Part shown: positions 33,301 through 42,500 of the stretch, one piece after another
Layout: each line of letters begins with the position of its first letter
Numbering within the stretch: position 1 is the stretch's first letter
Origin: Thecamonas trahens ATCC 50062
Lineage: Eukaryota > Protista > Apusomonadida
Assembly (NCBI RefSeq): GCF_000142905.1
Contig: NW_013657639.1
Coordinates: 222,559-286,558, forward strand
Reading direction: 5' to 3'
DNA length: 64,000 nucleotides
Program-made: the position numbers and the translations under genes
Notes under the pieces: model-generated
What the model was told of the DNA's origin: nothing
What the model saw: the letters and a program-made list of their open reading frames with translations, nothing else
Database searches by the model: none

Positions 33301-36300
33301 CACTGCACTATGCTTGCGAGAGCAAGTCGCACGAGTGCGTGCAGCTTCTGCTGTCGGGTGTGGGCGCCGTCTCGCGCCGCGAGATTGTCCGCGGGGTCGG
33401 AGCCAATGGCGAGGATCTGAATCGCGTGGTGTACGGGTCCGGAGAGGACGACGAGATTGTAATTGCTGCGGAGCGGCAGGCGCAGCTGGAACTGCTTGCG
33501 CGGCCGGAGCTTGACGACCACAAGACGCCGCTGCACATTTGCGCACGGCAGGGCGATGCGCGGACGGTGCGGCTACTGCTGGAAGCTGGGGCGCCTGTGA
33601 ACGCGCTCACCGAGGTGTGGGGCTACTCAGCGCTGCACTTTGCAACGAAGAACGGGTTTGCGGAAACGGTTGTGCTCCTTGTGCAGTACGGGGCCAAGGT
33701 GTTTGTGAAGAATGCCAACGGCGACACGCCTGTGGACCTTGCGTTCCGGCATGGGCGGTACAAGATCATGCAGCTGTTCATTGATCCGCAGCTCCTTGTA
33801 CGGTACGTCGAGTCGCCGCAGCTGCTCGAAGAAGATGCAAGCAAGGGTGTGGAGGGGTACTACTCTGACGCGGTGGCTGGGAGCCGGCGGTCGGAGGTTG
33901 TGCTTGGGCTGGACTACATGGCGGACGCGCGGCTGTCTGCGGCGTACGCCAGTCACGCGGCACAGTATACCGACGGGGCGAACCGGGTGGTGGATGTTGC
34001 GCCGTATGTTGAGGCGGCGATGCTGTACAACGCGGCGGTGGAGGTGCTGCACGGAACGAGCGAGGTGTGCGACGGGCTGGATGCCGAGGCCTTTGAGTCA
34101 TACCTGGTCAAGAAGATGGAGCGCGTGGAGGGCTTTTTTGTTAGCGACGAGCTGGGCACGATGCTCACGGAAGAGACCGTGGCTTTCACCGCCAAGTTCC
34201 GAGAGCGGTTTGCGCAGCTGCGCGAGGCGCAAGTGGCGGCGAGCGCGTCCGGGATGGTGAGCGTGCAGGCCGGCGAGCGGCAGATGGGGCTTTTGCGGGA
34301 GATGTGGGAGCACGCCGTGCTCTCTGTCTCTGCTGTGGTGGAGGTGCCTGCGCTTGCGGTGCTTGTGATGCGGAGCGGTGAGGCACTTGTGCACGAGCCT
34401 GTTGAGGTTGTTGTTGCTGTCGAGAGCAATTCACCGGGGGCGAAACGGTTTGTGTACAACATGCTCTCGCTGTTTGCGGTGAAGCTGGCGAACCTCGGCG
34501 AGCTCCGGGGTGGGCTCCGTACGGATGGTAGCGTTTCGGTGCACTGTGCCGAGTCTGGACTCCGGCTCAAGCTTGCCTATGACACGACGGTGGTGCGATC
34601 GCCTGCGGTGGTTGCCAAGCTCCTCGCGACGCGGCGCTGCGGGTATGATGTGCTGTGGGAGACGCCCGGATCGCGTGTGACTGCGGCGCTGTCTGGCGCG
34701 CTCAAGAAGCTGCGCGGCGAGAAGATCGGTGGCGGGCTGTTTTCTCGTGTGTATGCGCGACATGCGCAAGGAAGCACGATTGTGGCGAACGCGGTGTTCG
34801 GGTTTGCGGTTCAGTTTGAGGACGGAATGCTGTTTGCAGGCCGGCAAGCGCAGATTGACCTCGGGCGCGAGATGATGTGCGTAGTGCGCGAGTGCGTGTA
34901 CGGCATGTGTGTGTACTACGGAGTGGGCAACGACAGGGCATTTGGGATGGAGGCATTGGTCCGGAAGCGGGTTGTGCCCGAGAGCGTGGGCGCCGAGGTG
35001 ACAAGTCTACTGCATGCACTCGGGCTGCAGCGCAACTTGGCGCGCCAGGTTTACAGGGCGAGCGACGACCGGGCTTTTGTGGCCGAATTTGTGCAGGGCG
35101 AAGAGAGCAAGATGTACACGATGGCCGGCTCGACGCTGGACGAGATGCTTGCGACGGTGCTTGCGTTTGTGGCGTGCGCCAAGCTCTGGGTTGTGGTACC
35201 CGTGAAGGAGAAACTGGACGTTTGGTCGCACTACCGCACGTCTGGCTACCGCGGCGTACCCGACCGGGTGCGGCTCGAGCGGCTGGGCCTGTGCGCGCGG
35301 GCGGGCGGGGGCGACGCGAGCGTGCCAGTGGTGAGCACAACGCGGCCGCGGGCCAACTCGGTGTTTGAGTCGCTCAACTCTGCCGAGGTGCGTGCAGCAA
35401 GCGCTGCACTCGGGCTGAGCAGTGGTACTGGTGACGAGGTGTCGCTCCCATCGCTGGTGCCGGGGGTGTGGATGAGTGGCGCAAGCTCGCCGTGGGAGGG
35501 GCGCGAGGCGTCATATCCGTCGCTCGCGCCGGCAGTGTGGATGAGCGGAGCGAGCTCGCCGTGGGATGCCAACAACGTGAACGAGGCCGACTTTGACGCC
35601 GAAATCGAGGGCGTGCTCGACTTTGCACGAGCTGCGGGCGAACGAATGGAGAGCTCGATGGCGTGGTGGGACGAGGGATGCGTGCTGCACTTTGCGGGGC
35701 GGGCAGCACTGCGGATCGGGCTTTTAGAGCGTGGACGCGAGCTTCTGGAGCGATCGCGGGACGGCACGTCGCGGTGGCTCAAGGATTCGCCGCGTGTGCT
35801 GCTGGACAAGCTGTGGATTGGCCATGCTGCGGCGTGCTGCGGCGACTACGAGGCTGCGCTGAGCGAGCTTGTGGGCTTTGAGCAGCTCTCAGAGCGGCTG
35901 GACATGGAGCTGCCGTGCCACCGTACGATTTCGAGCGGGTGGCGTGGGATTGTGGCGATGGAGGCTGAGCTTTCGGCGGCAGCCGAGAGTGCCAGCGTGG
36001 CGCTGCTTCCGCCAGAGGCGTGGGCTGCGGTGATCGACGTTGTGGAGGCGCTAGTGACGCTGAGCATGCACACTGTGGCGTGGGTGCGAGATGCATTTGT
36101 GCGCGGGTCAGTCCGTGTGGACGCGCTGGAGCCTGTTCGGGATGCGGCACGCGGACACGCCAACGGAGAGGCGCGGGAGCTGCTTCTGCAGTTTGCACTG
36201 TTGGCAAGCGAGGTGCTCGGCGAGGCGCGGCCTGCCGAGGCGCTCCTGCTGTGCGCTGTGCTTGAGCTCGATTTGCGGTCGCGTGCGACGCTCGAGGCGC

Positions 36301-37478
36301 GCGCGCTTGTGCTGCGGGTGGAGATCCTGCTGCGCGGACTGGAGCCGGTGGCACTCTCAGTGGCGGCACAGCGCAAGTCGCGCTCAGCAGGAATGGGCAC
36401 GCGGCTGCTCTCGCTGGTGGCGGCGCTCATTGGCGAGGTGGACGCAGCAGAGGACGCGAGCCGGAGCGAGGAGAGCGTGAACGCGAATGCGAATGCGAGC
36501 ACGACCGAGGCTGCGGAAAAGCGCGAGCGAGCGAGTGCAGAGCGTGCCGGAGCGCTTGACGAAATTGTGCGCTCTGAGGAGGTGTACCGCGACGCGATGG
36601 TGTCGATGGAGGATGAAGTTGCGATCCCGCTGCGCGAGGCCGGAGTTGTGAGCGAGGCGGAGTGGCGGGTGTTGTTCTCGCACCTAGGGCCCGTGCGGCG
36701 TGTGGCATGTGAGTTTATGAGCCGGCTCACCGAGGCAATGAGCAGCGAGGGCGATGCAGGCGCGGCTGTGGCGCAGGTATTCCTGGACATGATTGGATAC
36801 CTCTCTGTGTTTTCACCGTACGTCAACGCGCTCGGCGAGGCGCAGGCGATGCTTGCGCAGCTGTCGTCGCGTGAGGCGTTTGTGGCGTGGCGACAGAGTG
36901 TGGGCGCGAGCATGCCACGCGGGCAGGGCCCGTTTTCTGGGCTGGAAAAGCCATTCCAGCGGATGCTCAAGTACCCGCTGCTTCTCGCGCGGGTGCAGAA
37001 GAACACGGATGAGGAGCACGAGTCGTACGCTGTGATTGCCGAGGCAGCGAGTGCGGTGCAGGCCAAGGCCAACGACATCAACGAGAAGAAGCGGCAGGCG
37101 GAGCAGCGGGCGCGGCTGCTAGAGATCTCGCAGCAGACGTGGATCAACGACAAGCGAGCTGTGGAGCTTGTTGTGCCCTCACGCCGTGTTGTGGAAGAGG
37201 GAAAGGGCGTGCTGGTCTGGGGCGGAGTCGAAGAAGCTGTTGAGTGGGTGGCATGCAACGACGTGGTGTTCTTTGTCCGGGGAGGAGGGGCGGTGAAGCA
37301 GCGGCGGCGGGTTTTGGCTGTCCTGGAATGGAAGGACGTACGCGTGGAGGAAGTGTATGGATGGCCCGAAGTTGAGCTGGAAGACGTGGTGCGTGATGTT
37401 GTGTACGCGATTGGGTTTGATGGAGAGGAGGAGTGTGAGCGGTTTGTTGCGAGCGCGAGCGCAAGCGAGCGAGCGTAA
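27393..37478 (+). CDS. Giant multidomain protein: F-box, kinase-like module (degenerate), ankyrin repeats, DUF294-like NTase/helical module (degenerate), RhoGEF DH-PH
   Basis: F-box LALPASVVARIASLLPIEDLLTAGDVCLAWR (~27840); ankyrins GYTPLHRAA, KTPLHICA, GYSALHFA, GDTPVDLA (~33040-33790); DH EIVRSEEVYR...KPFQRMLKYPLLL...INEKKR (~36540-37110); PH-like C-terminus. Confidence 0.85.
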   Translation: MSGDTTGAVATTPEHVATLAQAARVILPYQQQQYTSSQEAANQTELASSLSGDVGSGSGHWDSLRFNSARYGCDGLNGVVGRAEIELSFTDFVETFEPVLAPASPGSEPSAMTVELVSLRVLHSLRQRELATSSPCSEADDSVRHDLGAMDVLALPASVVARIASLLPIEDLLTAGDVCLAWRERFRSNDIWRQACRLAWGRLPACADNNDGSLAAAAEASIRAAASPVDGLILALEYPASAPPDPETLLSERDSPQPVPRVLELVSGDVLDRLNAYLRKPQPSLLVKLLATYADDGQPQVASAAMTYVLQQLKFRAFKSAVMSFLLDDLTPTQIGWCEAFTQARTAGVAAAQWEADALLPVFETARAALKASEASAPALRAQVEALVVPQHRALGQVLVHRISGVLPSLFASVDLDSETSPLFAALHGALASHLAAAAAQHVPLVDVTPFNVDRVLTDLVDSGLTSGQFFSTPVEVQYVAHLVIVHFRFASAKRPSRVTSLLTFKSSSNTGSGSLAMAAAAAAAAANGEATLTRSLSSSISHTTSWKPTPSLDVIVGAVPDTLLNTFVCALLQIPLLRGEFVRRLSDGRRALAINAILAVLAARTKAGASSLRAVLLRGYFAQLSLDPANDPRETNLVELIDAILQAIEAGAPRGSTLMADIAAGFTALGAYWTGPRLKTLFQEVERATTTFVSDFVPSFVSMWHTIQDFQLTDEVQHGLLERDGGLFGSLTAEERPLREVLESLLALRLLLSAAVIETHRKSGLLMHAFSYANRIKQLCGFGLLLSTVASLGIEADDDDSECFGDANLLNLFFDVVQNPSVLRDPDELDVAFVYHEAAASLARLTERQEARLAQVVSSAEVSGPELSELVLAFEADSEQVLGLKEALGVVVSNPELAQGPLEELGVDTGVVHKRVVECAVQLETMRVQAESIQARLVDGLLASALVELAGLGPLDRQVRDSLASASMVAGEAEALKTLGEFVRFAEVSALGLLPFHLLDQWQQTVRLAAAAYAAVAAMALADHTLALPFLAFRFWIRGGSKCELVLGSLSATVLEKWLEAYEVGQLASSTRDAVDSIVTAEAELGELNTRLGNLLSRRSDVKGFMMAYEGYELAHAREPERAEAKFAAQRGAALGFVQSLGGEGEGEAAVPVWSQAAKTQLAAKTAALRETSVEWVECRAGELVAQRERFFSFLRDVVSVLDDLLACERARVRRMRMLLLDLTFMEARANGMLDALPHRLAVCKSGLSVATFSNESTAASELLDPAWPLVSSELGLSAQAPLVVELELVTVDDMWSRAMGELARLSAEMGSSWLGKLVSELGSPVSVWNRDGRAGLLAAIRKLDAAANRAPKARRTLTQLAGEYLAVERQLPAEAEPASLALSRSVMVTSELGVRQLSIEQATAVFHSFPLADDIRRVEPVHHGLRYRPSRAPMAQMAVQHLGRLLFGASSPVAWSTEVSIRTVGSDEARVESLCGKQLVSRVAGIDLARALRWYPQLVDAIDIGSFSRAFVMCVLAVPDSLAAGLVSLQLCMSDGKLTAFVAIDDAQSGFSGRGGVRLRSILLCMPQMLAAFEATTREVVLAIEPALFVLEWLGLVTGAAARVSSTLWGKHSARMVYSRLVALQRVLQDEESASHLALLNAVSPTVGALYSAAIESEEYTSGFSASLPEALYRRSRYWPWSEGGKETSKYERFTMARAIEDLLPVVDLKLLRQSDEELLLDAALRVPGLTKLTLVDPGVPLGKLVEAVAWAPELMCVRLVQSTGQAPLKSLTTEGLMALGTAVSQLELGLLPGVEVADWRRLITSGVALTIVLGAEGDGFRMCGSPPEELELWRELVGVQMWLLEQGSDAGLVQVVRSVAQSVATKPGALATFLALEVSHGRSVFDFAVYEKRSGAVRRLLEFSPSLTSYDTFGYTPLHRAAAMCAPDLVQMLLEAYAARCGSHVSRLESHFAYVGLASGASGKRTALHYACESKSHECVQLLLSGVGAVSRREIVRGVGANGEDLNRVVYGSGEDDEIVIAAERQAQLELLARPELDDHKTPLHICARQGDARTVRLLLEAGAPVNALTEVWGYSALHFATKNGFAETVVLLVQYGAKVFVKNANGDTPVDLAFRHGRYKIMQLFIDPQLLVRYVESPQLLEEDASKGVEGYYSDAVAGSRRSEVVLGLDYMADARLSAAYASHAAQYTDGANRVVDVAPYVEAAMLYNAAVEVLHGTSEVCDGLDAEAFESYLVKKMERVEGFFVSDELGTMLTEETVAFTAKFRERFAQLREAQVAASASGMVSVQAGERQMGLLREMWEHAVLSVSAVVEVPALAVLVMRSGEALVHEPVEVVVAVESNSPGAKRFVYNMLSLFAVKLANLGELRGGLRTDGSVSVHCAESGLRLKLAYDTTVVRSPAVVAKLLATRRCGYDVLWETPGSRVTAALSGALKKLRGEKIGGGLFSRVYARHAQGSTIVANAVFGFAVQFEDGMLFAGRQAQIDLGREMMCVVRECVYGMCVYYGVGNDRAFGMEALVRKRVVPESVGAEVTSLLHALGLQRNLARQVYRASDDRAFVAEFVQGEESKMYTMAGSTLDEMLATVLAFVACAKLWVVVPVKEKLDVWSHYRTSGYRGVPDRVRLERLGLCARAGGGDASVPVVSTTRPRANSVFESLNSAEVRAASAALGLSSGTGDEVSLPSLVPGVWMSGASSPWEGREASYPSLAPAVWMSGASSPWDANNVNEADFDAEIEGVLDFARAAGERMESSMAWWDEGCVLHFAGRAALRIGLLERGRELLERSRDGTSRWLKDSPRVLLDKLWIGHAAACCGDYEAALSELVGFEQLSERLDMELPCHRTISSGWRGIVAMEAELSAAAESASVALLPPEAWAAVIDVVEALVTLSMHTVAWVRDAFVRGSVRVDALEPVRDAARGHANGEARELLLQFALLASEVLGEARPAEALLLCAVLELDLRSRATLEARALVLRVEILLRGLEPVALSVAAQRKSRSAGMGTRLLSLVAALIGEVDAAEDASRSEESVNANANASTTEAAEKRERASAERAGALDEIVRSEEVYRDAMVSMEDEVAIPLREAGVVSEAEWRVLFSHLGPVRRVACEFMSRLTEAMSSEGDAGAAVAQVFLDMIGYLSVFSPYVNALGEAQAMLAQLSSREAFVAWRQSVGASMPRGQGPFSGLEKPFQRMLKYPLLLARVQKNTDEEHESYAVIAEAASAVQAKANDINEKKRQAEQRARLLEISQQTWINDKRAVELVVPSRRVVEEGKGVLVWGGVEEAVEWVACNDVVFFVRGGGAVKQRRRVLAVLEWKDVRVEEVYGWPEVELEDVVRDVVYAIGFDGEEECERFVASASASERA

Positions 37479-37485
37479 GTGAGCC

Positions 37486-37822
37486 AGCGAGCGGAAGCGA
37501 GCGCGAGCGAGCGGAAGCGAGCGCGAGCGAGCGGAAGCGAGCGCGAGCGAGCGGAAGCGAGCGCGAGCGAGCGGAAGCGAGCGCGAGCGAGCGGAAGCGA
37601 GCGCGAGCGAGCGGAAGCGAGCGCGAGCGAGCGGAAGCGAGCGCGAGCGAGCGGAAGCGAGCGCGAGCGAGCGGAAGCGAGCGCGAGCGAGCGGAAGCGA
37701 GCGCGAGCGAGCGGAAGCGAGCGCGAGCGAGCAGAAGCGCAAGAGCTTGGGCGAGCGGAAGCGCAAGAGCTTGGGCGAGCGGAAGCGCAAGAGCTTGGGC
37801 GAGCGGAAGCGCAAGAGCTTGG
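37486..37822. repeat. Composite minisatellite: 20-bp (GCGCGAGCGAGCGGAAGCGA) x~12 followed by 24-bp (GAGCGGAAGCGCAAGAGCTTGGGC) x~4
   Basis: Near-perfect tandem units visible immediately after the stop codon of the giant gene. Confidence 0.95.
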
Positions 37823-38012
37823 ACACGCGAGCGAGCATGAGCAATCGCGACCGCGCAAACGGGTGCAATCGTGACCGCCCATCCATGAGCAATCACAACT
37901 GAGAGCGCAAGTGTTATCAAGCGTCAGCGCAGAGTCTGTCCGCTAAGCGTCTGCAAAGCGCACCCTAGACCCCCTACGACTCCTCTTTTTCCCGTCTCCA
38001 TCACCAACCATG

Positions 38013-39362
38013 TTAAAGATCAACCCGGTCATTGGGCACATCAGATAGCGCTTCGGCGGCGGTGGCAAGAGCGGCCAGCTGCCGCTGGCGATCACGACGG
38101 ATGGAGAAGAAAGCCGAAACAGCGGCGAGGAGCAAGAAGAAGATGAGCAGATAGCAGGCGGTAGTGCGGGAGATGTGGCCTCGTGGGCGGCGGGCGGCGC
38201 GGCCGTCATGGCGAGGGTGTGAGCGGGTGGAGGTGCTGGCAGCGGCAGGCGCGCGAGGCTGTGGAGGCGCTGAGCGCGGAATCGGAGCTTGCCTCCCGAG
38301 ACCGAGCTGGGCCTTGGCGAGCTCAAGCTCTGCGGCGAGGGCGACAAGCTGCTGAGTACGAGCATCAAGCGAGGCAGTGAGGGCGGCGACGGCCGAGGCG
38401 TCGGGATCCGCCGGCGGAAGCGGGTAGGCGGTGGGGAGAACGAGGGTGGCGGTCATGTTGCGGAGAACGACGTCGCGGATGGCAGCCATGTCGTCGAGGG
38501 CGACGGCGTTGACAAGGCCGATGGCTGTATCGTTGAGCTCGAGGATGTGGTACGAGTCGTCTGTGGATGAGTGAAGGAGGTCGAGGGCGCAGATGTCGAG
38601 GCCGCCGAGGACGCCCGAGGCGGCGTCGATCCAGGCCTTGAACTGCGGAGTGAGCTCGATCTCCTCGACAACGCCGGCGTTGCCGACATTGCCCTTCCAG
38701 CGCGGCGAGACGCGCTTGAAGACGCGGTAGCACTCGCCGATCTTCTGAATCCGCAGATCGTGGTCCCACTCGATGTAAGGCTCGACGGTGCAGTAGTGCG
38801 GCGTGATGGCCATGACGCCCTTAAAGTCGTCAAGCGACTCGGCATCGGTGAAGCGCATCTTGCCGTAGCCAGCATGAGCATGACCAAGCTTTGCGACGAC
38901 CGGTAGATCCGGCGTGACGATCATAGCTGCAGCATTGGGATAGTAGGCCTGAGCGATGAGCGGGAAGCCATGAGGCGTATCAGCGAGCTGACGATGGAGC
39001 TTGCGGAGCTCACCATGAACAACAGGACGATGAAGGGCAGCGTAAGCCGAATGGAGCGAGTTTGTGGCGGAGATCCCAGCCGAGATGAGCCCGTAGAGCA
39101 AGTTACGATCATCTTGACCTTGACGAGAATGGAAGACTGTTCGAAGCAGTACATGATCTGGGCGAAAGGTCATCTGTCGCGTCCGTCGCTGGTTGGCTCG
39201 GAGGAAGACCACCGGCTTGCCGTCCGAGTACACCGCCAGGGAGACTTCCCCGAGACTCGCCTGTTCCACAATCACTTCCTCCCCGCCTACTCTTGCTCCG
39301 GCGAACATGGTCTGCCAGTCGCAGCTGGGCGTGCATTCCAGCACAAGGAGGCGGAAGGGCAT
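38013..39362 (-). CDS. Synapsin-like ATP-grasp protein with a C-terminal hydrophobic segment
   Basis: LLVL...DW...F, VEQA, FRPDHVLLR, NSLHSAY, FPLIAQAYYPN, PVVAKLGHAHAGYGK, DLRIQKIG, WKGNVG, GGLDICAL all match the synapsin C domain. Confidence 0.9.
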   Translation of the reverse strand: MPFRLLVLECTPSCDWQTMFAGARVGGEEVIVEQASLGEVSLAVYSDGKPVVFLRANQRRTRQMTFRPDHVLLRTVFHSRQGQDDRNLLYGLISAGISATNSLHSAYAALHRPVVHGELRKLHRQLADTPHGFPLIAQAYYPNAAAMIVTPDLPVVAKLGHAHAGYGKMRFTDAESLDDFKGVMAITPHYCTVEPYIEWDHDLRIQKIGECYRVFKRVSPRWKGNVGNAGVVEEIELTPQFKAWIDAASGVLGGLDICALDLLHSSTDDSYHILELNDTAIGLVNAVALDDMAAIRDVVLRNMTATLVLPTAYPLPPADPDASAVAALTASLDARTQQLVALAAELELAKAQLGLGRQAPIPRSAPPQPRAPAAASTSTRSHPRHDGRAARRPRGHISRTTACYLLIFFLLLAAVSAFFSIRRDRQRQLAALATAAEALSDVPNDRVDL

Positions 39363-39577
39363 GGGAGGTAGGGGGGGGGGGGGAGGAGGTCAGGTGTTGG
39401 GAGGGGATCGTTGGGAAGGAATGGTGAGAAGGAATGAAGGGGGGGGGGGGGGGGGGGGGATCGGGTTGATGGGTTGACGTGAGTCAGCATCAGGGGTCGC
39501 GGGAAAGGGATTGGGCAAAGGTCATCATCATCATCATCACAGGTCGGCTGGGCTGGGTGTGTACTCATTGACAGAGG

Positions 39578-42500
39578 CTACGGCTGCTGAAAGCCGCACA
39601 CCTGGCATCGCTGCTCAAGACGGCTTATGCTCGGCAGTGGAACGCCACTCGGGCGCGCTGTCCGCACGCCGCACCATGAGCACTCGGCAACGTCGGCAGA
39701 CGGCGCCACGGCTCCAGCAAGGTCGTCGACTGACATGCCATGAGGGGCGACTGCGCCGTCGCGTGCGCTCGCCAGCTCGCGCATCACCGCCCGGTGCTTG
39801 CGATGAAGCGGGAGCGCCGCCAGCCGCGCCGCTAACGCGGCAGCCTCGCCGGCTTTGCCATCGCGCTCGACGCGCTTGAGCGCCTTGAGCAGTCGCGCAG
39901 CAACCACATAGCCGGCACACACTCGCGCCTGCTTGCGCTCGCGGGCCGCACTCAGCGCCGCTACCGCGGCCTTTTGGCACTTGGACAGCGAGCCGCTCTC
40001 GAGCGCGCGCATCGCCGCCCTAAGCAGCCGCGCTGCCTCCGACATGTCGCTGCTCACCGTCGACATCATCGACAGTGATGACGCAACAGATGGCGACGGC
40101 GACGGCGGCCGCGGGCCAGGTGGCTGCATCCGCGGCGGCGTCGCTGGCGGCGTCGCCGTTGATACAGGCGCGACGCTCGGTGGCGGTGTGGTCGTCGGCA
40201 CGCTGCCTGTGGTAGCCGCACTTGCACCAGCATCCACGTCACCACACTCCTGCCGCCCGTCAGACGATGAGCTCCACGAGTCACGCGCGCGCCGCGCACG
40301 CCGCCGTGCCCGTCGCTGCCCGCCCACGCTCAGCTCACCGAGCTTGGGGATGCCTGCAGGCACCGCAGTCGCGGGGCGCTCCACAGGCTGCGGCTCGGGT
40401 TCACCGCCGTCTGACGACGAGCTCCACGAGTCGCGCCCACGACGCGCACGCCGTCTTGCACGCCGCCGTGCACCGACGCCTAGCTCGCCGAGCTTGGGGA
40501 TGGCGGCAACGTCGGCCGCTGCCGCTGCTGCTGCTGCTGCCATCTCTTCCTGCGTCCGGATGCGGACACGAATGGCTGCCGGCCGGGCCCCGAAACCCGA
40601 CGACGATGACGACGCCGAGGCATCTGACCCCTCGCCAGCGAGGTCGGCGGTCACCGGCGCCGCTGGCCGGACCACGTAGCCCTCGGCGTCAACCAGTCGG
40701 CCGGCCTCATCGTAGTGGTACCCCTCGCGCGAGCCCGAGCCTGAGCCCGACCCGCTGCCACCGGCCCCACTGCCGCCGCTCCCACAACCCAAATCGTCGT
40801 CCGACACCTCCATCCGTGCCGCGTACGCGCCGCCAAAGCCCGAAACCGACGCCGCCGAGCCCATCGAGTGCAGGACCGAGGACGTGGCGGCAGAGTCGCG
40901 GTCAAACTCGAGGCCACCGATGCCCTCACCGCGTCGGTCGATCTCGCCGCCGCGCGACGCTACCCAAACCTCGAGCGAGTCGAGCTCCAGTGCGTCAAGC
41001 TCACTCATGATCGTCTGCTCCGCGATGACAGGCGCCGCTGCCGCAGGAGGCACCGACGTCGTCTGCGGCGGCGGCGAGTGCGCTGCAAGCAGGTCGCGGA
41101 ACGACGAGCCGCCAAACGACGAGACAGTGCCGCGTGGTGACGCTGCTGCACCCGGGCTTCCCAGTGGGAGTGGCGAGCCGGCCGATGGCATCCCATGTCG
41201 GCCAGAGCCGACGGACCCATCGTCAGCAATGGCGACCGAGACGCGAGTTGTCCGCGCCACACTCTCGGGTGCAAGCCCCAGCGCGCTCGTTCTCGGCGGC
41301 GCAAGATTCGCCAGCTGCACTGCAGGCAGCGAGCCCGGTGCCTTGGGCCGCGGCGGGACCTTCTCGCCGGCCTCCACCCGCAGCAGCCACTCGGCCCACC
41401 ACTCGCCGGCCACCACATAGCAAAGGTGCGCTAGCGAGAGTGCACCGGCCGTCGCTGCTGCACTGCCGAGCCGGCAGAGCGCACCGTGGGCGCCATCGCC
41501 GCCGCCGCTCGCCTGCACGCTCTTCACAAGCTGGCTTGCTGGCCCAAACGCGCCCAGCTCACCGGCAAGCTCGAGTGCGACCGCCACCAACTCGTCCTGC
41601 CCGCAATCAGAGCTTGCGCCGATGCGCGCGAGCAGCAGCGCAAGCGCAAGCTCGCGCTCGACCGCTGTCGCCCCACTTCGCAGCTTGTCGATGAAGCTCC
41701 GCGAGACCCGGAGCCCGTCATAGCTTTCCATCAGCTCGAGCAGCGCAGACGCAGACACCGCCCCACTGCCAGCCGATCCGTACAGCTTGCCGGCCAGCCG
41801 CGGCTCGAGCATACCAACTGCGTGGTAGCCGACCGTTACCCGCTTCTTGACCCGGTGCGCGTAGACAAGCCGGTCTGGAAGGCCGGCAACAAGAACAACG
41901 TCGACCAGATCGAGTGAGCACACCCGCCCGGCATAGCCGCCCGGAGTCAAGTAGCCGACCCCGACCGGAGTTGAGTACAGCAACGTGCCGGCGAGCCAGA
42001 CTGCCGATAGGAAGAACGGAACAAGCTCCGAGGCCCGACTCGAGGCGTACGAGGTGAGGACTGCAAGCGTGCTATCAACAACAAGCAGGAGCGAGGGCGT
42101 GACGACCGCTCCAAGCTGGCCGGATGTGTCCCACACCACGTCCGAGACAACAGTCTGGGGTGGGAGGCGGATGTGCGGTGCGGCAGGCGAGGGCGCCGGG
42201 AGACTCGCGTGCGGGTCGCGCACTGGGCCGAGCGGGAGCGGCAGGGCCGAAGACGGCATGTACGCGTTGGGCGGGTGAACCAGGCTGTCGATGTTGGCCG
42301 AGGGCACAAGGAGCCGTGCAACAATGTCGTAGTAGAGAACAACCCGCGCGCCGCGGAGCGGCGTGGCAAACACCCGATGCCAGACGTTGTCGAGGGCAAA
42401 GGCCGCGAGCTGGGTCTCGTCGGCTGTGGCTGCCACGGTCGCTGACTTGCCGTGCGGGCCGAGGACAAGCATGGCGTCGCCGCCCTCGCCCACAAACACG

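Noticed and set aside
37486-37822. CRISPR-like array
   Set aside because: The units are contiguous with no unique spacers, there are no cas genes, and the context is eukaryotic; it is a minisatellite.
35846-37920. Long minus-strand ORFs (678, 258 and 237 aa) and the plus-strand 37479-37874 ORF
   Set aside because: They are antisense shadows of the RhoGEF region or translations of the stop-free minisatellite.
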